The notes under the pieces were generated by a model, which was given only the letters and a program-made list of their open reading frames with translations, had not been told where the DNA came from and made no database searches. From an uncultured Eubacteriales bacterium (lineage in GTDB: Bacteria > Bacillota > Clostridia > Oscillospirales > Acutalibacteraceae): a DNA stretch of 64,000 nucleotides. Made by a program: the position numbers and the translations under genes. The stretch lies in the NCBI GenBank assembly GCA_964500965.1, contig CAZCQZ010000001.1:58168-122167 (forward strand), in the 5' to 3' direction. Below, piece by piece: positions 59,330-64,000 of the stretch (position 1 is the first letter of the stretch; each line of letters starts with the position of its first letter).

Positions 59330-60484
59330 ATGAAGAAAACAGTTTCGCTTATATGTGTGCTGGCACTTGTGCTGAGCCTGGCACTGCCTGTCGGCGCAGA
59401 AAAAGCCGAAGAAACGAATACACTGGGGCTGTCCGCAAAGGCGGCGGTGCTTATGAACACGGAAACCGGTGAGGTGCTTTACGAATACAACGCCGATGAA
59501 CGGCTTCCGGAAGCCTCAATAACCAAAGTGATGACCCTGCTGCTTGTTTTTGAAGCCATTGATTCCGGGAAAATCAGCTATGATGACGAGGTGCGGTGCA
59601 GTGCTCATGCGGCAAGCATGGGCGGCTCTCAGATATGGCTTGAGGAGGGCGAGATAATGACCGTCGATGAGCTTTTGAAAGCTACGGTGGTCGGCTCTGC
59701 CAATGATGCGGCGGTTGCACTTGCAGAACACGTGGCAGGCTCTCACGAATCCTTTGTGGTTATGATGAATGACAGGGCAAGGGAACTGAATATGACGCAA
59801 ACCTCCTATAAAAACTGCACGGGACTTGATGCGCAGGGACATTTGACCTCTGCGCTTGATGTGGCGATTGTGTCTGCCGAGCTGTTAAAGCACGAAGATA
59901 TTTTAAATTATTCAACTATCTGGATGGATACTCTGCGTGACGGCAAGCTTGAGCTTGCCAACACAAACAAGCTGCTGAAAAGCTATAAGGATACAATCGG
60001 TCTTAAAACCGGCACGACCTCACAGGCAGGGTGCTGTGTAAGCGCGGCGGCAAGACGTGACGGAATGACCCTTGTGGCGGTGGTTATGGGCGCGCCAAAC
60101 AGCAAAAGCCGCTTTGCGGACGCGGCGGCGTTGCTGGATTACGGCTTTGCAAACTGGGAAACTGCCGCCGTCGGCGATTATATTCCGGAGACTGAAAGTA
60201 TCAATGTAAAATCGGGGATTAACCGCAAGCTGCCTACGACTGTCGTTTCGGAGGGCTATGTGCTTGCGGAAAAGGGTCGTAAAGGAGAAATTATTACCGA
60301 GGTAAGCTATGACGGAGAAGTCACCGCACCGGTTGCGGCAGGTCAGACGGTAGGCACGGTACGGCTCACCCTTGATGGGCACGTGCTCGGTGAATACAAA
60401 ATAATCACAACTGCCGGAACAGACAGGGTAACATTCGGGAAAGCTTTTGCAAGTATGCTGAAAAGTCTGTTGTCTTTGTCATAA
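59330..60484 (+). CDS. D-alanyl-D-alanine carboxypeptidase (S11, PBP5/DacB-like)
   Basis: Signal peptide. SxxK (EASITKVM), SxN (GSAND) and KTG (LKTGTT). ATG 59330 behind GGAGGTG. Confidence 0.88.
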   Translation: MKKTVSLICVLALVLSLALPVGAEKAEETNTLGLSAKAAVLMNTETGEVLYEYNADERLPEASITKVMTLLLVFEAIDSGKISYDDEVRCSAHAASMGGSQIWLEEGEIMTVDELLKATVVGSANDAAVALAEHVAGSHESFVVMMNDRARELNMTQTSYKNCTGLDAQGHLTSALDVAIVSAELLKHEDILNYSTIWMDTLRDGKLELANTNKLLKSYKDTIGLKTGTTSQAGCCVSAAARRDGMTLVAVVMGAPNSKSRFADAAALLDYGFANWETAAVGDYIPETESINVKSGINRKLPTTVVSEGYVLAEKGRKGEIITEVSYDGEVTAPVAAGQTVGTVRLTLDGHVLGEYKIITTAGTDRVTFGKAFASMLKSLLSLS

Positions 60485-60589
60485 AATATTGAAATTTTCT
60501 TAAATTTGGTTCAAAAATGTTACTCGCTCTTGAAATATTCTCCGACATATTGTATTATAAGAATACCGAATACTAGGAGGCATTATAAT

Positions 60590-61936
60590 ATGGCTATCAG
60601 ACTGGACGATGGTTACATCGGAGAATTTTTGAGTGCGGATGAAATCAAGGCAATGCAGCCCCGTGTTGAAGCAGCGGCTAAAACTCTGCATGACGGCACA
60701 GGCGCAGGAAACGATTTTCTAGGCTGGCTCACACTTCCCACAGATTACGACAAGGACGAATTTGCAAGAATCAAGGTCGCAGCTTCGAAAATCAGAGCAA
60801 ATTCCGATATTCTCGTGGTCATCGGCATCGGCGGCTCTTACCTCGGAGCACGTGCCGCTATCGAGTTCCTCACGTCCCCTAACTATAACCTTGTAACAAA
60901 GGATTCACCTAAGATTATTTACGCCGGCAACAACATCAGCGGCGCGGCACTGAAAGAAGCTCTTGAAATGTGCGCACCGGAAAATGTCAATGTTTCCGTT
61001 AACGTTATTTCCAAATCCGGTACTACCACCGAGCCTGCAATTGCTTTCCGCGCTTTCAGAGAGCTTCTTGAGAGCAAGTACGGCGAGGAGGAAGCGGCAA
61101 AGAGAATTTTCTGCACCACCGATAAGGAACGCTTTGCACTCAAGCAGCTTGCAGATGTCAAGGGCTATGAATGTTTCGTTGTTCCCGATAACGTAGGCGG
61201 CAGATATTCCGTACTTACCGCTGTCGGTCTGCTTCCCATTGCGGTTGCCGGACTTGATATAGATGCTCTTATGGCAGGTGCAAAGGCGGCTCAGGATGAG
61301 CTTTGCGACACCGATATTGACAAAAACGACTGCTATCGTTATGCTGCCATAAGAAACGCGCTCCATGAAAAAGGCTATCTGGCAGAGCTTTTCATCAGCT
61401 ATGAGCCGAATCTTGTAATGCTTGCCGAGTGGTGGAAGCAGCTTTACGGAGAAAGTGAAGGCAAGGACGGCAAGGGAATTTATCCCTCCTCCGCAACCTT
61501 CTCCACCGACCTCCATTCTCTCGGTCAGTATATTCAGGAGGGTGCTCTCAAGCTGTTTGAAACCGTATGCCTTATAGATAAAGCAAAGGTCGATGTTGAG
61601 GTCAAAAACGACCCCGAAAACGTTGACAAGCTGAATTTCCTGTCAGGCAGTACCCTTTCCTACATCAACCAAAAGGCATTTGAGGGCACTCTGCTTGCAC
61701 ATACCGAGGGTGGAAACCCCAACCTTATAGTACACGTTCCCGAAGCAAATGAGTTTAATCTCGGCTATCTGTTCTATTTCTATGAAAAGGCGTGCGCGGT
61801 ATCCGGCTATATGCTGGGTGTAAATCCCTTTGACCAGCCCGGCGTTGAAGCATATAAGAAGAATATGTATGCGCTTCTGGGCAAACCCGGCTTTGAAGAA
61901 CTCAGAGCAGAGCTTGAAGAAAAACTCGCAAAATAA
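60590..61936 (+). CDS. pgi: glucose-6-phosphate isomerase
   Basis: About 448 aa, Gram-positive type PGI ([38 protein letters not shown]). ATG 60590 behind AGGAGG. Confidence 0.94.
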   Translation: MAIRLDDGYIGEFLSADEIKAMQPRVEAAAKTLHDGTGAGNDFLGWLTLPTDYDKDEFARIKVAASKIRANSDILVVIGIGGSYLGARAAIEFLTSPNYNLVTKDSPKIIYAGNNISGAALKEALEMCAPENVNVSVNVISKSGTTTEPAIAFRAFRELLESKYGEEEAAKRIFCTTDKERFALKQLADVKGYECFVVPDNVGGRYSVLTAVGLLPIAVAGLDIDALMAGAKAAQDELCDTDIDKNDCYRYAAIRNALHEKGYLAELFISYEPNLVMLAEWWKQLYGESEGKDGKGIYPSSATFSTDLHSLGQYIQEGALKLFETVCLIDKAKVDVEVKNDPENVDKLNFLSGSTLSYINQKAFEGTLLAHTEGGNPNLIVHVPEANEFNLGYLFYFYEKACAVSGYMLGVNPFDQPGVEAYKKNMYALLGKPGFEELRAELEEKLAK

Positions 61937-61955
61937 AGTATCGGAGGAAATCAAA

Positions 61956-62372
61956 ATGATAAATTTACTTCTCGGCCATAAGGGCTCAGGCAAAACCAAA
62001 AAGCTCATCGACCTCACTCATGAAGCAGTTGAGGCTTCCAAGGGAAATGTCGTATGCATCGAAAAGGGCGACACTCTGACCTATGGTCTTGATTACAATG
62101 CAAGACTTGTAAACATCGAGGATTACAACATTAAGGGCTTTGATGCTTTCTACGGCTTCCTTTGCGGACTTTGCGCAGGAAACTATGACATCACCGATGT
62201 ACTCGTTGATTCCACCCTTAAAATCGGCGGCGATGATAAAGCTGCTCTGGGCGATTTCGTCGCAAAGCTCAATACTCTGGCAGAAAGCGCAAACGTCAAG
62301 TTTACCCTTTCCGTTTCAGCAGACAAGAACGAGCTGCCTGAGGGCATTGAGGAAGTAACTGCGGTTTTATAA
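61956..62372 (+). CDS. small P-loop (Walker A) protein, hypothetical
   Basis: 138 aa. MINLLLGHKGSGKTKKLID is Walker A-like and DVLVDSTL is a possible Walker B. ATG 61956 behind GGAGGA. The track start at 61830 overlaps pgi. Confidence 0.65.
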   Translation: MINLLLGHKGSGKTKKLIDLTHEAVEASKGNVVCIEKGDTLTYGLDYNARLVNIEDYNIKGFDAFYGFLCGLCAGNYDITDVLVDSTLKIGGDDKAALGDFVAKLNTLAESANVKFTLSVSADKNELPEGIEEVTAVL

Positions 62373-62390
62373 GCCGAAATAATTGTTTAT

Positions 62391-62417
62391 CGGAGGGAAA
62401 GTAACGCTTTCCCTCCG
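62391..62417 (+). terminator. hairpin after the P-loop gene
   Basis: CGGAGGGAAAG-taacg-CTTTCCCTCCG with a weak T-run (CTGAGTCGTTTTA). Confidence 0.5.
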
Positions 62418-62442
62418 CTGAGTCGTTTTATAAAAAATTAGG

Positions 62443-62472
62443 TTGACAAAGCCTATGTATTTATATTATAAT
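62443..62472 (+). promoter_or_regulatory. promoter of the DUF177-rpmF operon
   Basis: TTGACA-18 nt-TATAAT. Confidence 0.55.
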
Positions 62473-62497
62473 ACATCGAGTGAATCGAGGTACTGTA

Positions 62498-62986
62498 ATG
62501 CAGGTTGATTTAAGAACCCTTTTTTCTCAGGAGGGCGAACGCCTTTCTGTGGAATATGACCTTGATATGTCTCAGCTCGGCGCAGAGCCGGAGCTGTTTG
62601 AAACACCTGTGCATATCAAAGGCGAAATAGTTAACAGAAGCGGAATAACCTCAATCAGCTATGACGCCGATTTTGTTTACACCCGCAACTGTGACAGATG
62701 CGATGAAGCATTGATTGAGGATATGCATTACAGCTTCTCGCATGTGCTGCTTCCGAATCTTGACGATGAAGCCGACGATGAGATAATCGAAGTGCCCGGC
62801 TGTATTCTTGATTTGGATGAGTTGGCTTATTCTGATATTTTGCTCGGCTTACCGACGAAATACCTGTGCTCTGAGGATTGCAAAGGGCTTTGCCCCCAGT
62901 GCGGAGCAAATCTCAATGATGGCGATTGCGATTGCGAAATCGACAATGTTGATCCTCGACTTGCAGCACTCAGAGATTTATTATAA
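62498..62986 (+). CDS. YceD/DUF177 family protein
   Basis: Acidic protein with a C-terminal Cys cluster (CSEDCKGLCPQCGANLNDGDCDC). It sits in the canonical position immediately upstream of rpmF. ATG 62498 behind GAGGT. Confidence 0.85.
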   Translation: MQVDLRTLFSQEGERLSVEYDLDMSQLGAEPELFETPVHIKGEIVNRSGITSISYDADFVYTRNCDRCDEALIEDMHYSFSHVLLPNLDDEADDEIIEVPGCILDLDELAYSDILLGLPTKYLCSEDCKGLCPQCGANLNDGDCDCEIDNVDPRLAALRDLL

Positions 62987-63002
62987 AAGGAGGTGCTGAA
63001 GA

Positions 63003-63191
63003 ATGGCGGTACCTAAGAGAAAAACTTCAAAGGCTAGAAGAGACAAGAGACGTTCCAGCGTATGGAAGCTTGACGCTCCCACTCTTGTAAAGTGCAATCA
63101 CTGCGGTGAACTCATCAGACCTCATCGTCTGTGCGCTTCCTGTGGCTATTATAACGGCAGACAGGTTGTCAAGATGGAAAACGACAAATAA
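63003..63191 (+). CDS. rpmF: 50S ribosomal protein L32
   Basis: MAVPKRKTSKARRDKRR N-terminus with CxxC...CxxC zinc ribbon. 62 aa. Confidence 0.96.
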   Translation: MAVPKRKTSKARRDKRRSSVWKLDAPTLVKCNHCGELIRPHRLCASCGYYNGRQVVKMENDK

Positions 63192-63312
63192 TCAAGCAAT
63201 AGCAAGGTTATTGACTGTAACGCTCGTGCGTCTGTGTTTCTGATTGACACAGACGCTCTTGAGTTGTTGCGGTCATTGTTTTTATCGGCGTTTGTAAAAA
63301 GGAGGGTCACGT

Positions 63313-64000
63313 ATGCCTGTTCTTATCTGCGGTGTAGAGGAAAACAGCATAGCGCAGGAGTGCGGTATTGAAGCAGGAACAGTGCTTATTACAATAAACG
63401 AGCATGAGATTAACGACGTTCTTGATTTCCGCTTTTTTGAGGCGTATGAAAATTTGACGCTTCTGCTTGAAAAGTGCGGTGTACGCCGCACTGTTGAAAT
63501 TGAAAAGGACGAATACGAGGAGCTTGGTTTGATTTTTGAAACCTACCTTATGGACAAGCAGAAATCCTGCAAGAACAAGTGCATTTTCTGCTTTATCGAC
63601 CAGCTTCCCGAAGGCATGAGAAAAAGCCTTTATTTTAAGGACGATGATTCACGTCTGTCATTTTTGTTCGGGAATTACATGACCCTTACCAACATGACGG
63701 ATAAAGATATTGACCGCATACTTATGATGCATATAAGCCCGGTGAATGTTTCCGTGCATACCATGAATCCACAGCTTCGCGTTGAGATGATGAAAAATCC
63801 AAACGCAGGCAAGTCCATCGAAATGCTGAAACGCCTTGCATCGGGCGGAGTAGATGTAAATTGCCAGCTTGTGCTGTGTCCGGGAATAAATGACGGAAAA
63901 GAGCTTGAATATTCCCTTGACGAGCTGATGAAGTTGACACCGGCAGTCAAAAGCATTGCCCTTGTGCCGGTCGGCTTGACAAAGCACAGAGAGGGTCTTT
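63313..64000 (+). CDS. PDZ-like + radical-SAM-like DUF512 family protein, 5' part; the gene continues past the window end
   Basis: Own translation from ATG 63313 (GGAGGG RBS), open to position 64000. CKNKCIFCF (CX3CX2C) is followed by LYFKDDDSRLSFLFGNYMTLTN, typical of DUF512 proteins. Not in the ORF track because there is no stop in the window. Confidence 0.75.
   Translation, partial: MPVLICGVEENSIAQECGIEAGTVLITINEHEINDVLDFRFFEAYENLTLLLEKCGVRRTVEIEKDEYEELGLIFETYLMDKQKSCKNKCIFCFIDQLPEGMRKSLYFKDDDSRLSFLFGNYMTLTNMTDKDIDRILMMHISPVNVSVHTMNPQLRVEMMKNPNAGKSIEMLKRLASGGVDVNCQLVLCPGINDGKELEYSLDELMKLTPAVKSIALVPVGLTKHREGL

Overview
This is a 64-kb chromosomal segment that looks like a Firmicutes/Clostridia genome. 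Supporting evidence: a CIRCE operator, a PASTA-domain PBP, DUF1292, DUF2975+YozG-type HTH, Gram-positive RBSs, and TTGACA-17-TATAAT promoters. I could not assign a finer taxon by eye. I support about 60 protein genes and one ncRNA, RNase P RNA (rnpB, minus strand, about 54260-54608). The supplied ORF track does not cover rnpB and three spurious ORFs overlap it. I saw no rRNA, tRNA, CRISPR array, transposase, integrase or phage gene.

Layout:
- 0-8.1 kb: small or hypothetical genes. These are DUF2975+HTH, an FAD oxidoreductase, YegP, a three-gene small-protein operon, a YfcE phosphoesterase, an acidic protein and a DivIVA-domain protein.
- 8.4-23.5 kb: a minus-strand dcw cluster, mraZ-rsmH-ftsL-like-PBP-murE-murF-mraY-ftsW-murG-murA-ftsQ-ftsZ. 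It has no murD, murC/B or ftsA.
- 23.7-34 kb: housekeeping genes (coaD, rsmD, uvrC, an ABC-2 exporter, a DEDDh exonuclease, DUF1292, typA, phoH, ybeY).
- 34-42.6 kb: carbohydrate and nitrogen genes (a GH53 galactanase lipoprotein, nth, malQ, glgP, gdhA).
- htpG, behind a CIRCE-like operator.
- 44.8-55.8 kb: a cell-envelope accessory region. It holds a five-gene operon (LicD, LicD fusion, 2-hydroxyacid dehydrogenase, IspD-type cytidylyltransferase, Wzx), a repeat-bearing lipoprotein, a YitT-like membrane protein, an Fe-ADH, rnpB and a GT2-GtrA fusion.
- The remainder: an AI-2E transporter, ligA, a DD-carboxypeptidase, pgi, a mini P-loop protein, DUF177-rpmF and a truncated DUF512 radical-SAM-like gene.

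The most unusual candidate is the LicD / 2-hydroxyacid dehydrogenase / cytidylyltransferase / flippase operon. It includes a LicD protein with a large unassigned N-terminal domain. I do not see a clear-cut new defence or mobile system, and most of the window is ordinary core genome. Start codons were re-picked by RBS inspection where the track ORF looked over-extended. Hand-indexed motif coordinates may be off by 1-2 nt.
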